DNA of 64,000 bases from a virus: the IMG/VR virus record IMGVR_UViG_3300033153_013152, positions 1 through 64,000 of that record. One strand, given 5' to 3'. The position numbers and the translations under genes were made by a program. The first letter of the stretch is position 1, and each line of letters starts with the position of its first letter. Below are positions 1 to 9,028 of the stretch, piece by piece. Below the pieces are notes generated by a model, which saw only the letters and a program-made list of their open reading frames with translations, was not told the origin of the DNA and searched no databases.

Positions 1-29
1 CACTTTTGTTTTTTTCCTCTTAAGATCAT
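1..29 (-). CDS. 5' end of a second copy of the repeat protein (MILRGKKQK...), running off the window
   Basis: Reverse complement of 1-29 reads ATG ATC TTA AGA GGA AAA AAA CAA AAG, identical to the start of 26..304. Confidence 0.55.
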
Positions 30-304
30 TTGTTTTCACTCCCAGACCTAGGCCCAGACCCAGACCAAAACCTAGACCCAGACCAAAACCTAGACCCAGA
101 CCAAGACCTAGACCCAGACCAAAACCTAGACCCAGACCAAAACCTAGACCCAGACCCAGACCAAGACCTAGGCCTAGACTCAGACCCAGACCAAGACCCA
201 GACCCAGACCAAGACCTAAACCAAGACCCAGACCCAGACCAAGACCTGGACTCAGACCCAGACCAAAACCTGGACCACTTTTGTTTTTTTCCTCTTAAGA
301 TCAT
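26..304 (-). CDS. Ser/Arg/Trp/Gly low-complexity repeat protein (MILRGKKQKW leader + SRxWSG repeats)
   Basis: ORF track. Its stop TGA overlaps the ATG of the next copy (ATGA), and the minus strand matches the polarity of all neighbouring genes. Confidence 0.6.
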   Translation of the reverse strand: MILRGKKQKWSRFWSGSESRSWSGSGSWFRSWSGSGSWSGSESRPRSWSGSGSRFWSGSRFWSGSRSWSGSRFWSGSRFWSGSGPRSGSENK

Positions 305-324
305 TTGTTTTCAATCTTTTGGAC

Positions 325-367
325 AAAAAAATATCTTGGTGCAGTGAATAATTTGCCACACCAAGAT
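325..367 (-). terminator. Probable intrinsic terminator
   Basis: 9-bp stem ATCTTGGTG/CACCAAGAT (333-341, 359-367) followed on the minus strand by A + T7, just downstream of ORF 377..688. Confidence 0.6.
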
Positions 368-376
368 GATTTATTT

Positions 377-688
377 TTACTTCTTTTTGATGAGCTTTGG
401 CGCTAGTCCATATGATTCAATGTGAGACTTTTGCACAAATCGTTCTTCTTGATTAAATGACTCTGCAAATTTATAACCAGCATGATCATCAAGTTTGCCA
501 GTTTCATACACAATACAACACTCAGCAAGACAAACATCCATTTCATTTACCCCGACCAAACGACCAGAGTAAATATAGTTGAGACAATAAAGTTCAACAT
601 ACTCACCCAAAAGTTTCTCAAGACCATCGTTATCAGTTTCGACTACATCAAGAATACGCTTCATTGTTTTCTCCTTGTTGGTTGGCAA
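377..688 (-). CDS. Small phage protein, possibly LSm-like beta fold (probable start MKRILDV)
   Basis: ORF track. The YIYSGRLVGV...L....IVYETG pattern resembles small phage proteins often found next to Ser/Gly-repeat ORFs. Confidence 0.5.
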   Translation of the reverse strand: MPTNKEKTMKRILDVVETDNDGLEKLLGEYVELYCLNYIYSGRLVGVNEMDVCLAECCIVYETGKLDDHAGYKFAESFNQEERFVQKSHIESYGLAPKLIKKK

Positions 689-730
689 AAATACGTTTCT
701 TATTTTTCTATTTTCTCACCTATTCACAAA

Positions 731-753
731 AATGTCAAAACAATTTTGACATT
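731..753. promoter_or_regulatory. 10-bp inverted repeat overlapping a TTGACA -35 box (operator or terminator candidate)
   Basis: aatgtcaaaa-caa-ttttgacatt. On the minus strand, TTGACA is followed 17 nt later by a weak GAAAAT. Confidence 0.35.
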
Positions 754-1087
754 ATTTGTTAGAAAATCTTTCAACAAATTTGTTCACATCTTTGTTTGAT
801 ACTTTCTTTTTTCCATTTTGTTTTCTGCCCTTTTTAAATTTAATCTTTTTCTTTTCTTTTTGCACCTCCTTCTTGAAACCTGGTTCCTTTTTCTCTCTTT
901 CCTCAACATACTTTATCATACCATCGCGCAACCTTGCTCTCTCCTTGGTTGCTCCTACATCCTTGCCCAATAGCTTGTCCAATCGAGCAAGCTGTTGCTT
1001 TGGACTAAGAGAATTTCTCATTGCTTGCCTTGTTTGTGCTTCATCTCTTCGTTTCTCTTTGCGTCCTGGAAAATTCATTCTTAGCAT
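752..1087 (-). CDS. Basic hypothetical phage protein
   Basis: ORF track, with AGGA RBS upstream. Confidence 0.6.
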   Translation of the reverse strand: MLRMNFPGRKEKRRDEAQTRQAMRNSLSPKQQLARLDKLLGKDVGATKERARLRDGMIKYVEEREKKEPGFKKEVQKEKKKIKFKKGRKQNGKKKVSNKDVNKFVERFSNK

Positions 1088-1164
1088 AGTTTAATTCCTT
1101 TTGTGTTAGATGTTAGTTGGGGTATAGTGTAAATGTAAACACCTTTTGTCTTGGCCTTTCTTTG

Positions 1165-1464
1165 TCAAATCATTGGAATATGATCTGACCTTACTATCTT
1201 TACGATCTCTTTGCAATATTTAATTGTAGCTTCATTGCGCAAATCATAACGATCATCTTCTGTGTTTGCCCATGCTTCAATTACCCTAAGAAACATCTTG
1301 AACACAGACTGTTGAAGAGTTCCATGTGAACAAATAATCTCCTCAATAAATGCATCTTCACCTGGAGGACCACAAAGACTATTGGTATAATTAACCAACT
1401 GCTTCGCCAACTCTCTTGCTTTCATTTCTTTTTTCATGATTACAATACCTCCCAAAGAATACAT
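1165..1464 (-). CDS. Hypothetical protein (probable start MKKEMK at 1437)
   Basis: ORF track. Confidence 0.6.
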   Translation of the reverse strand: MYSLGGIVIMKKEMKARELAKQLVNYTNSLCGPPGEDAFIEEIICSHGTLQQSVFKMFLRVIEAWANTEDDRYDLRNEATIKYCKEIVKIVRSDHIPMI

Positions 1465-1631
1465 TCGATTTGATCAATGTGAGACCAAACTTCATCTAGA
1501 TTCTCATTATTATTGATGTATTCAATTTGTTCTTTGATGTCCTCCAAAGCTTTTTTGTATTTGTCCATATTGTTTTTGTGCAAATAATCCCAAGTATCAT
1601 CTCTGTGTTTTTGTTCGATTTTTTTCATCAC
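1440..1631 (-). CDS. Hypothetical protein
   Basis: ORF track. Lies downstream of a promoter and an RBS. Confidence 0.55.
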   Translation of the reverse strand: MMKKIEQKHRDDTWDYLHKNNMDKYKKALEDIKEQIEYINNNENLDEVWSHIDQIECILWEVL

Positions 1632-1648
1632 TTGCCCCTTTCGTTTTC

Positions 1649-1677
1649 AATTTACACTTTTGGGGATATGATGTCAA
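1649..1677 (-). promoter_or_regulatory. Sigma70-type promoter
   Basis: TTGACA (1672-1677), 17 nt, TG-TAAATT (1649-1654). Confidence 0.6.
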
Positions 1678-1680
1678 CAA

Positions 1681-1869
1681 TTATTTGTCACTCATCCTGT
1701 CATATACATGATCAATCATGGTGCCCATATAATCTGCTGCATAGTCTTCTGCTTCTTCATCAAATCCTTTGGCATAATCGTCACATTCATCACACCAACA
1801 ATAGAACTTGGGGAAGTCTCCCTCAACTATACATTCTGAAAAACATTTGCGACAAGTGTAATAGATCAT
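1681..1869 (-). CDS. Small Cys-rich Zn-ribbon protein
   Basis: CRKC...CWCDEC motifs. Confidence 0.55.
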   Translation of the reverse strand: MIYYTCRKCFSECIVEGDFPKFYCWCDECDDYAKGFDEEAEDYAADYMGTMIDHVYDRMSDK

Positions 1870-1878
1870 TTGATTATC

Positions 1879-2070
1879 CTATAAAGTAAATGAGATATAA
1901 TAATCAGACATTTCTCCAGAACAATACTTGGACACTCGTGTTGTAATTGGATTTGTTTTGTTCTTTCTATACTCCCTTGCTTCCTTTCTCGTGAGGAATG
2001 TAGCAATAGGTTTCCAATATAGATTGATTCTATTCTTGATTTGTTTTCTTTCTACGACCCATACTTGCAT
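1879..2070 (-). CDS. Hypothetical protein
   Basis: ORF track, with GGAG RBS. Confidence 0.55.
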   Translation of the reverse strand: MQVWVVERKQIKNRINLYWKPIATFLTRKEAREYRKNKTNPITTRVSKYCSGEMSDYYISFTL

Positions 2071-2089
2071 TTGAAACTCCTAATTTAAT

Positions 2090-2166
2090 TGGCACCCCTG
2101 GAAGTATTCGAAACTTCAATCCACGCCTTAGAAGGGCGTTGCTTTATCCTGTTAAGCTACAGGGGT
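2090..2166 (-). tRNA. tRNA-Arg (anticodon UCU)
   Basis: Full cloverleaf: acceptor ACCCCTG/CAGGGGT, anticodon arm ACGCC-CTTCTAA-GGCGT, T-loop TTCGAAT, encoded CCA. Confidence 0.95.
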
Positions 2167-2174
2167 ACAATCAT

Positions 2175-2651
2175 TCATACTCCAACAACTTCCCACCTTA
2201 GCATATATGGTTCAAAGGCAGAAACATATTCATAACCATTATTAATAAACTTAATTTGTTCTGTTGCAATAAATGTTCCCAACGTATCTTCCCAAACAAC
2301 TTCTCCGCTTTTTTTGAAATAAGAAATACGACCAGCTACTTTCTTTTTGTCTACGTTAACAATCCAATAACCTTTCTTGGGAACGATGTCGTTGATAGGA
2401 ATTCTTTCTTTCTTTTGTCTTTGCTGCTGCAGAAGCCTGTGTGCTTCTTCTTTTGCTCTGAGCCTTGATTCTTCTGAATTAATTTGAGTTTCAGTCTTAT
2501 TTTTATTTGGACAGGTACGAGCATTGTGTCCAAGTTGACCACACAATCCACACCTACGCTTACCTACATGAGCTAAGTTTTTAACTTCTTTGACCTTTCC
2601 GCAAGTAGCTGCATTATGACCGGGCTTACCACATTTGCTACACCGTCTCAT
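2175..2651 (-). CDS. Protein with two CCHC zinc knuckles
   Basis: CSKCGKPGHNAATC and CGLCGQLGHNARTC (CX2CX4HX4C). Confidence 0.75.
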   Translation of the reverse strand: MRRCSKCGKPGHNAATCGKVKEVKNLAHVGKRRCGLCGQLGHNARTCPNKNKTETQINSEESRLRAKEEAHRLLQQQRQKKERIPINDIVPKKGYWIVNVDKKKVAGRISYFKKSGEVVWEDTLGTFIATEQIKFINNGYEYVSAFEPYMLRWEVVGV

Positions 2652-2674
2652 TGTTTTCTCCTAATGATAATTTT

Positions 2675-2703
2675 ATATTAGCAAATGTAGAATTAGATGT
2701 CAA
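2675..2703 (-). promoter_or_regulatory. Sigma70-type promoter for the zinc-knuckle gene and tRNA-Arg
   Basis: TTGACA (2698-2703), 17 nt, TGc-TAATAT (2675-2680). Confidence 0.65.
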
Positions 2704-2713
2704 TGATTATTTT

Positions 2714-3301
2714 TTATTGTTCATCTTCTGGAAAAACTTCTTTACATTTTCTTACAACATCAATATACATTTGTCCTTCGGCATTTAAATTTAATTGTTT
2801 ATCGTTTCTTGCCGCCCATATAATAAAAATATTTTTTACATTATGATTGATATTATTTTTATTAGATATATTTGTATCATGATCAATAATAAAATGTAAA
2901 AATTCATGCCCTAAAACATAATAGTTAGAAATACAACGTGCTCTTAGAGAATGAATACTTATTTCATTTTCATACAAATAACCTGCTACATAAATTTCAT
3001 CTTCTGGAAAATGAATGCAACCTCTTGCATTTTCAACATTACTGCACAATGATGGAATTGAATCAGGATCTGCATACATTACATATAGATTTTCTTGTTC
3101 AGCTAATTTAGATATGTTATGTTTTTTATTTGTATATTCTAACATTCTTTTTTCAACTGAATCAACAACAAAAGAAACCAATTGTGATTCTATATCATAT
3201 TGTCCTACATTTACACAAATATTATCTGCATAAAAATTACACAAACGTTCTTTGCCACACGAAAAAGAAAACAAAAGAATAAATGGAAACAAATATTTCA
3301 T
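2714..3301 (-). CDS. Predicted lipoprotein with HExxH zinc-metallopeptidase motif
   Basis: Hydrophobic N-terminus ending FSFSC; GHEFLH motif. Confidence 0.55.
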   Translation of the reverse strand: MKYLFPFILLFSFSCGKERLCNFYADNICVNVGQYDIESQLVSFVVDSVEKRMLEYTNKKHNISKLAEQENLYVMYADPDSIPSLCSNVENARGCIHFPEDEIYVAGYLYENEISIHSLRARCISNYYVLGHEFLHFIIDHDTNISNKNNINHNVKNIFIIWAARNDKQLNLNAEGQMYIDVVRKCKEVFPEDEQ

Positions 3302-3948
3302 TTAATATACTCCTGTTGATAAATTTTCATACTCGGAATATGAATTCCAGTCAATACTTTTTCTCTTGAAGTATCAATACCAATTGCAAATTCACCTTCA
3401 TCATCACTAAATCTTTTTAAACCAAACTGACTATTGTGTCCTGCAATTTGATATAGTTCTCTTCTAATTGGCCTACTTCTATTCCAAATAATACTATAAT
3501 CAAAATCAATATTGTTTGTGTCATATTTCCATACCATATCACAAACTTCTTTCAAATTAAAATTTGAATGTACAAATGCATGAGATACAAGAAATTGTTC
3601 ATTAATAATCTTATACAATGGTCTATGTTCTAACCACCTAATAATTTCAGGTGCAATATAGCCATTAAATGAATCAAATGTGTCTCCACCTCCATTATAA
3701 AACCAAGTACCTTTTTCATATAAATTATATTGTTTATAATAATCAACCATCAAATGTTCATGATTTCCTAATAGTGAATTTCCTTCGCCCATTTTTTCTT
3801 TTTCCATAAACCATTCAATTACCTTGGAAGAATCGGGACCACGATCAACAAGATCTCCGACACCCAATACATAATCATCTGGCATCTTTTTAAGTAATGC
3901 CATAAGAGTTTTATATTGACCTGCAATATCCGATATAATATTCATCAA
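3298..3948 (-). CDS. PPP-family Ser/Thr protein phosphatase-like metallophosphoesterase
   Basis: SDIAG, GDLVDRG, GNHE, SHA and GHN motifs. Confidence 0.85.
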   Translation of the reverse strand: MMNIISDIAGQYKTLMALLKKMPDDYVLGVGDLVDRGPDSSKVIEWFMEKEKMGEGNSLLGNHEHLMVDYYKQYNLYEKGTWFYNGGGDTFDSFNGYIAPEIIRWLEHRPLYKIINEQFLVSHAFVHSNFNLKEVCDMVWKYDTNNIDFDYSIIWNRSRPIRRELYQIAGHNSQFGLKRFSDDEGEFAIGIDTSREKVLTGIHIPSMKIYQQEYIK

Positions 3949-4265
3949 TTATCAAACCTCTGACCCTTAATATTCCAATTCTGAAACATATTTGCTTCAT
4001 TTTGATTTTTTTGTTCTGTTTGATTGATATGGTTGGCAATTTCTACAATCATAATTCCAGTCAATTCATCTCGAAATTCTTCACATTCTGGAAATGCACC
4101 AAAAAAAGAATCAATAATTTGTTCTGTAATCAAAACATTATCTGCATCAGGATAATTTAATTTCATAGTATCATACAAATTTACGCATTCTTCTTTAACA
4201 AATTCCACTATCATTTCATAATTGCCAAATTTATCAAACAATGTTTCTTCTTTTTGATCGCTCAT
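3945..4265 (-). CDS. Hypothetical protein
   Basis: ORF track. Confidence 0.55.
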   Translation of the reverse strand: MSDQKEETLFDKFGNYEMIVEFVKEECVNLYDTMKLNYPDADNVLITEQIIDSFFGAFPECEEFRDELTGIMIVEIANHINQTEQKNQNEANMFQNWNIKGQRFDN

Positions 4266-4624
4266 AAATTTCCCCTTTTAATATTATTAATAATTTTCCA
4301 CCCTTTTAGGTCAGCCAATAAATTAGCAGCTTGAAGCCTAATTGGTTTATGATTCGATTTATCATCTACAATTTCTTCAAGCATTTCAATAATCATATTA
4401 TATCTTTTTTTATCTCTTCTCAAAATCATTTTTCAATCTTCCCTTGAACAAGTACAATGTCCTTTAATTACAAGCCAAATTTCACCATCAGAATTGATAT
4501 TATCATCTGGTTTGTAAAATACAATTTCATCTTCTGATAATTCATTCTCATCATATGTCCAACCTAAATCTTCTATTGTTCTAATATCATTCATGCAATT
4601 TTCACAATACGTATTTAACTCCTA

Positions 4625-4957
4625 TCATAATTCTCCACATATCATTGCATGTTCTTCTGGACTCATTTGTTCTGCACCACCAGAAACGCAACCATCAGAA
4701 TGTACAAATACTCCGTAATGTTGAGAACATATGGCAAATGTTCTATCTGGTCCACATATATCTATATCTTTTTTATCATAATCATATTGTGAAATTATTT
4801 CATAAGCAATAACAGGTTTCAATATTTGTTTTATTTTTTGTTGCTCTACTACCTTCTCTTCCATGTGTTGAGGAGAACCACAAGCATATATAATAACATA
4901 CATAAAAACAACAAAACCAATTATAATTAAAATATCCCAAACAACTTTATTTTTCAT
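4625..4957 (-). CDS. Predicted lipoprotein
   Basis: Hydrophobic N-terminus ending IYAC. Confidence 0.5.
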   Translation of the reverse strand: MKNKVVWDILIIIGFVVFMYVIIYACGSPQHMEEKVVEQQKIKQILKPVIAYEIISQYDYDKKDIDICGPDRTFAICSQHYGVFVHSDGCVSGGAEQMSPEEHAMICGEL

Positions 4958-6090
4958 TATTTCTCCCTACATGCACTTATGTCAAAAATTGGACAAGTTC
5001 TACAATATTGTTTAACACTACAACTAGCGCAACCTGAAGAAGATGTCAATAGATTTTTTCTCCATTCATTAACCCTATCCGAATACCACACTTCTTTCAT
5101 AAAGTTATTAATTTTACTCAAATCAATTCCTTCTTTCCATTCGCCAATTCCCTCAGCAAAAGAACATGGATAAGCTATACCTTGTGTATTGATATACCAA
5201 CTGAATAGTCCTGATTCACAAGGCTCAACTGATTGAATAACTGATTCCCTATTTGTTTCATGTGCCCATTTCAACGCAGCAAATGAACTGCAACTATCCA
5301 TGCCAAATGAAACACCTAGTTTTGTAGCACCCTCAAACAAACGCTTAAAGTCATCCATATTTCTAATAGAATGATATTTGTTTCTCTTTCCTCTTGGTTT
5401 GAGCAAAAGAAACACAATAGCATTCAATTTATCAACAAGTCTTGGATCATCTTTTGCATCATGAAGCAATTGAAAACAGGAGTCATATGTTTCTTCCGCA
5501 AGCAACTGATGAATATTCACTTGCTTTAATCCTGCTTCACTTAGCATATTGATTACATCATAACACAAATCAGGCATATGATATCTACTTACACTTACTG
5601 CTCCACAAGTATTGGCCAACCATTCTGCCTTCTCTTTGGTCAATCCCATTCCATTTATTGTTACATTTGGAACTACCTGATTATATTTATTGTTCCTGCA
5701 GTAATCCATAATCTTTGGCAAATCAGGATTGCCATCTAGATCCCCAATACCAAAAGCAATTTGTGTCAATGTCTTGGGAAACTTGTGGAATATATCCTTG
5801 AATGTTTCGAAAGACATATTCTCTCCATATTCTGTATTTGATTTGTAACACCATGGACATGGCTTTCTTGTGTCCATAGATTTACCAATACCATTACAGA
5901 TTGTGCTTACTTCAATGTCGAGAATCTCTGGTCCGTATGGTGAGAACATAGGATCATCTTCTTGTTTCTCTCCCCATCGTTCAAACAAACCACTTTCTTT
6001 ATTGAAATTATAATTGTAATACTTGCTGCGAAATAGCTTTACCCGATTGTTTTCAAATAGTTTGGGCTTCATAGATTTGCCTTTTAACAA
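4957..6090 (-). CDS. Radical SAM enzyme with C-terminal SPASM/twitch-type Cys cluster
   Basis: Extended CX13CX2C (CNGIGKSMDTRKPCPWC); PCESG...YPCSF; C-terminal CASC....CRTC. Confidence 0.85.
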   Translation of the reverse strand: MLKGKSMKPKLFENNRVKLFRSKYYNYNFNKESGLFERWGEKQEDDPMFSPYGPEILDIEVSTICNGIGKSMDTRKPCPWCYKSNTEYGENMSFETFKDIFHKFPKTLTQIAFGIGDLDGNPDLPKIMDYCRNNKYNQVVPNVTINGMGLTKEKAEWLANTCGAVSVSRYHMPDLCYDVINMLSEAGLKQVNIHQLLAEETYDSCFQLLHDAKDDPRLVDKLNAIVFLLLKPRGKRNKYHSIRNMDDFKRLFEGATKLGVSFGMDSCSSFAALKWAHETNRESVIQSVEPCESGLFSWYINTQGIAYPCSFAEGIGEWKEGIDLSKINNFMKEVWYSDRVNEWRKNLLTSSSGCASCSVKQYCRTCPIFDISACREK

Positions 6091-6470
6091 CTGCTACCTA
6101 GAATTGTAACATTACTCATTCGATCAAGAATCTCTTTGGTTCTTTCATCATAATATGAAATGCGAACAATAGCAAACTTATGTCCCCTATGTTTTTTCAT
6201 CTCTTCATTCCACTCAACATAATCTTCATAGTCTTCGTATGTCTCTTCACCATAACACCATTGTTCATTGATAAAGTCAAGAACTTCTTGCCTATTTCCA
6301 GACATATGAATACAAGTTTTATCTGAATCATATATCCTTGATTCATTTATGAATACATCTTCTATGGTTGTATCTTGTCTGCCACATACCTTACACTTAA
6401 TTGGTTTGGTATAAGCAATAAGAAAAGAAGAAGAACTACTATTTGAAACAAAACCATTTCTAGATTTCAT
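6084..6470 (-). CDS. MKxRxGFVSNSSSSSF-motif family protein (copy 1)
   Basis: N-terminal motif shared with four other ORFs; overlaps the radical SAM start region. Confidence 0.75.
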   Translation of the reverse strand: MKSRNGFVSNSSSSSFLIAYTKPIKCKVCGRQDTTIEDVFINESRIYDSDKTCIHMSGNRQEVLDFINEQWCYGEETYEDYEDYVEWNEEMKKHRGHKFAIVRISYYDERTKEILDRMSNVTILGSSC

Positions 6471-6473
6471 AAT

Positions 6474-6728
6474 TCACCCCGCATGAAAGTCACAAAGTAT
6501 AACACCCTCTTCACCATCTGGTTTCAATTCTTTGCAAATTGAATAATCTGGATTCAACCAAAAATCTTTTTTGCCACAATTAACTTCATCTTCTCCATCA
6601 TGATTAGCTATTTCTCTAGCTCTTTGTTCAGTTTCTGCCTCAATTACAAATCCCCAACAACAATCATATGTACAAATTTCCCAACCTACATCTGTTGTTG
6701 GCTTAAGAATCCATAGTTTGTTTGCCAT
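6474..6728 (-). CDS. Hypothetical protein
   Basis: ORF track. Confidence 0.55.
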   Translation of the reverse strand: MANKLWILKPTTDVGWEICTYDCCWGFVIEAETEQRAREIANHDGEDEVNCGKKDFWLNPDYSICKELKPDGEEGVILCDFHAG

Positions 6729-6731
6729 AAC

Positions 6732-7067
6732 CTACCTCAAATACTCGTTAAAATACCATTCAAAACTTTCTGAATTTCCACCATCTTTTAGAATATAATC
6801 ATACACATTTCCAATTACTGTACCATCTTCGTCACCAAAAATACATTCTTTTTTCTCTCCTGGCTCAAATACAATATCTTCTTGTTCTACACTCTCAAGC
6901 AATTCTTCTTGAGTATAATCAAACCAATCATACATTGCGCAGAAATCAGCAACAAGCTATGGAGTTTCTTTTACGAAATCAACAATAGTTTTTCTTTCAT
7001 TTGTCTTATTGACAATAGTAAAACTACAAGATGAACTATTACTTACGAAACCCGATCTGATTTTCAT
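6732..7067 (-). pseudogene. MKIRSGFVSNSSSCSF-motif family gene (copy 2) interrupted by an in-frame TAG at 6957-6959
   Basis: ATG at 7067 is in frame with ORF 6732..6935 (132 nt apart). Codon 37 is TAG; the joined product is 111 aa, similar to the paralogues. Confidence 0.75.
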
Positions 7068-7312
7068 TTCTTCACCTTTATCCAATAACCCATTTTAAAA
7101 TCATCTCTAATTCTTTTACTTGGCAATGGTATTGAACTATTTTTAATATATACATCTGAAAAAAATTCCCACTTTTCTTCTTTTGTTGATATTTTTGCAA
7201 ATGTTCCAGAAGCAGAAACGTGAGCATCATATTGTGGTATAGTATCTTTATCTATGTACCTACACAATTCTTTTTTCTTTTTTTCTTCTTGGGTGGTTGC
7301 CATTCTTTCCAC
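7064..7312 (-). CDS. Hypothetical protein
   Basis: ORF track; stop overlaps the 7067 ATG. Confidence 0.5.
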   Translation of the reverse strand: MERMATTQEEKKKKELCRYIDKDTIPQYDAHVSASGTFAKISTKEEKWEFFSDVYIKNSSIPLPSKRIRDDFKMGYWIKVKK

Positions 7313-7331
7313 CCCTTTACTTTAATTTCAC

Positions 7332-7577
7332 TCAACTTGAACTCCAAACACCATCTTTTTTGAATGTAGCATCCAAAATAATATTTCCATCTTCCCAATA
7401 CATTCTAACTTTTTTAATATTATCTGATGTTATTTCATCTACTTCCAAATCTTCTTTTGCATCATCTCCTAATTGATTAATAATAAATTGTTCAACTGTA
7501 TTTTTGGCTGTTTCTCCCAATTGAATTGTGCCTACATATGTTCTTCGCATTGTTTTAGATATTATTATATCCTCCAA
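7332..7577 (-). CDS. Hypothetical protein
   Basis: GGAGG RBS; lies directly downstream of a promoter. Confidence 0.6.
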   Translation of the reverse strand: MEDIIISKTMRRTYVGTIQLGETAKNTVEQFIINQLGDDAKEDLEVDEITSDNIKKVRMYWEDGNIILDATFKKDGVWSSS

Positions 7578-7591
7578 ATTATATTAAGAAC

Positions 7592-7620
7592 ACTTTACAA
7601 TAAAAATTTACTATTGTCAA
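7592..7620 (-). promoter_or_regulatory. Sigma70-type promoter
   Basis: TTGACA (7615-7620), 17 nt, TG-TAAAGT (7592-7597). Confidence 0.6.
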
Positions 7621-7867
7621 GTTTTATTTTTCATAGGAAGAGGTTCTTTTCTATATATTTCTGATACTATTTCTTTCAAAGAAACCATTGTACTTTTCCT
7701 TAGTGATTTTTCAATTCTTCTATGAAATCAAAATAACCCACATCATCAAAATACTTTTTGGAATTGTTTTTTCTTTTGCTCTTTTTGTTTTTCTTGTTTT
7801 GCTTTTTTTTATTCCACTGCATTCTGCGAAAATCTTTGTCCTGCATCACTACAATCCTTCTTTTTTA

Positions 7868-8185
7868 TTAATCTATTGTTATCTCTTGTGGTTTAGAACC
7901 ATTTTCATAAATACGAGATATATCTTTTTCTAATATTCCATTTTCTATTGCTTCTTTATAGGCCTCTACAAATTTTCCCCTAAATTCCAAACCATAAATA
8001 TTACCACACTCACATTTATACCAAGCTTCAATAAAATTACCATTTTCAGATATGCCATGATTATCCAATTTCATAATTTTATAGCACATAATACACTTTT
8101 CTTTAATGGGAATTTTTCCCAAAATCTTATTTTCATTTAGTCTTGATGGACTGTACGAATATGCTGGTTGTAGTTTTTTCGACAT
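7868..8185 (-). CDS. Hypothetical Zn-binding protein
   Basis: CIMC...CECG motifs. Confidence 0.45.
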   Translation of the reverse strand: MSKKLQPAYSYSPSRLNENKILGKIPIKEKCIMCYKIMKLDNHGISENGNFIEAWYKCECGNIYGLEFRGKFVEAYKEAIENGILEKDISRIYENGSKPQEITID

Positions 8186-8473
8186 TTTTTCTTATTCCTT
8201 TCTTTTTTCTGATCTTTCATTGGACCAGAACGTCTGAAGTGAGCATTGACACAAATCCAATCCCTACCAAAATTTGATTTCGACTTCTTTTTGTTTTTTC
8301 TTTTTGTCATTTTTTCTGCCTACAATTCTGTACAACAATGCTGCACTACCAATTAGTATCCCTCCTGGGAAAAAAACCGCTGGAATTAAAAAAGACAATA
8401 TATCATTTCTCAATTTTTGCATCTTTGTTTGTGTTTTTGTGCAATAATACATATTATTTCCTTGTTATAATTA

Positions 8474-8824
8474 CTAACTATGTTTATCAATATACTCCAA
8501 AAGATATTTCAAAGTTGGTTTTGTTTCCCTTTCAATTTTCATTATACATTTTTTAGTTTCCAAGTCAACAACTTTAAAATAAGAAACGGCAGGTGTCCAT
8601 TTAATAATTGTTTTACAACACATTACATCTTCTCCTGCAATCGCCACATCAAACCATTTTGGTTTTTGATATCCTGCACAGAAAATCATGAATCTTCCAT
8701 CCATTACTAAATCATGCGGATCTTGTTCATTTAATTTAATACACTTATCTGATTTAATATAATCAATCAGATTAGCCTTCCATTGTTTCTGATCTTCAGT
8801 TAACTTTGGTTTCTTGCGTCCCAT
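8474..8824 (-). CDS. Hypothetical protein
   Basis: ORF track. Confidence 0.55.
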   Translation of the reverse strand: MGRKKPKLTEDQKQWKANLIDYIKSDKCIKLNEQDPHDLVMDGRFMIFCAGYQKPKWFDVAIAGEDVMCCKTIIKWTPAVSYFKVVDLETKKCIMKIERETKPTLKYLLEYIDKHS

Positions 8825-9028
8825 TGTTATTTCTTTCTGGACTTACATACAAATCTAATATTATTAATATGAATTTTGTCACCTTTATAATCAATAAAAT
8901 TATCTTTACAATTAATTCCTTCCAATGTCAATACTTTTTGTACGGTATGAGTACCGGCTTGTAGTCTTTTGTTGTTTGTCCAACTAATTTTAATTGGAAT
9001 TTTATTTGTTTTCATTTTAATCTCCTAT

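Larger units (their letters stand above)
1..313. repeat. 38-nt perfect direct repeat (1-38 and 276-313, period 275 nt) flanking a 6/18-nt periodic microrepeat tract (CCAGAC/CCAAAA/CTAGAC units)
   Basis: cacttttgtttttttcctcttaagatcatttgttttca occurs at 1-38 and 276-313. The intervening DNA is a degenerate hexamer repeat. Confidence 0.9.

Noticed and set aside
1-313. CRISPR array or DGR template/variable repeats
   Set aside because: Only two 38-nt copies 275 nt apart, separated by low-complexity coding DNA. There are no cas or reverse transcriptase genes in the window and no adenine-specific mismatches.
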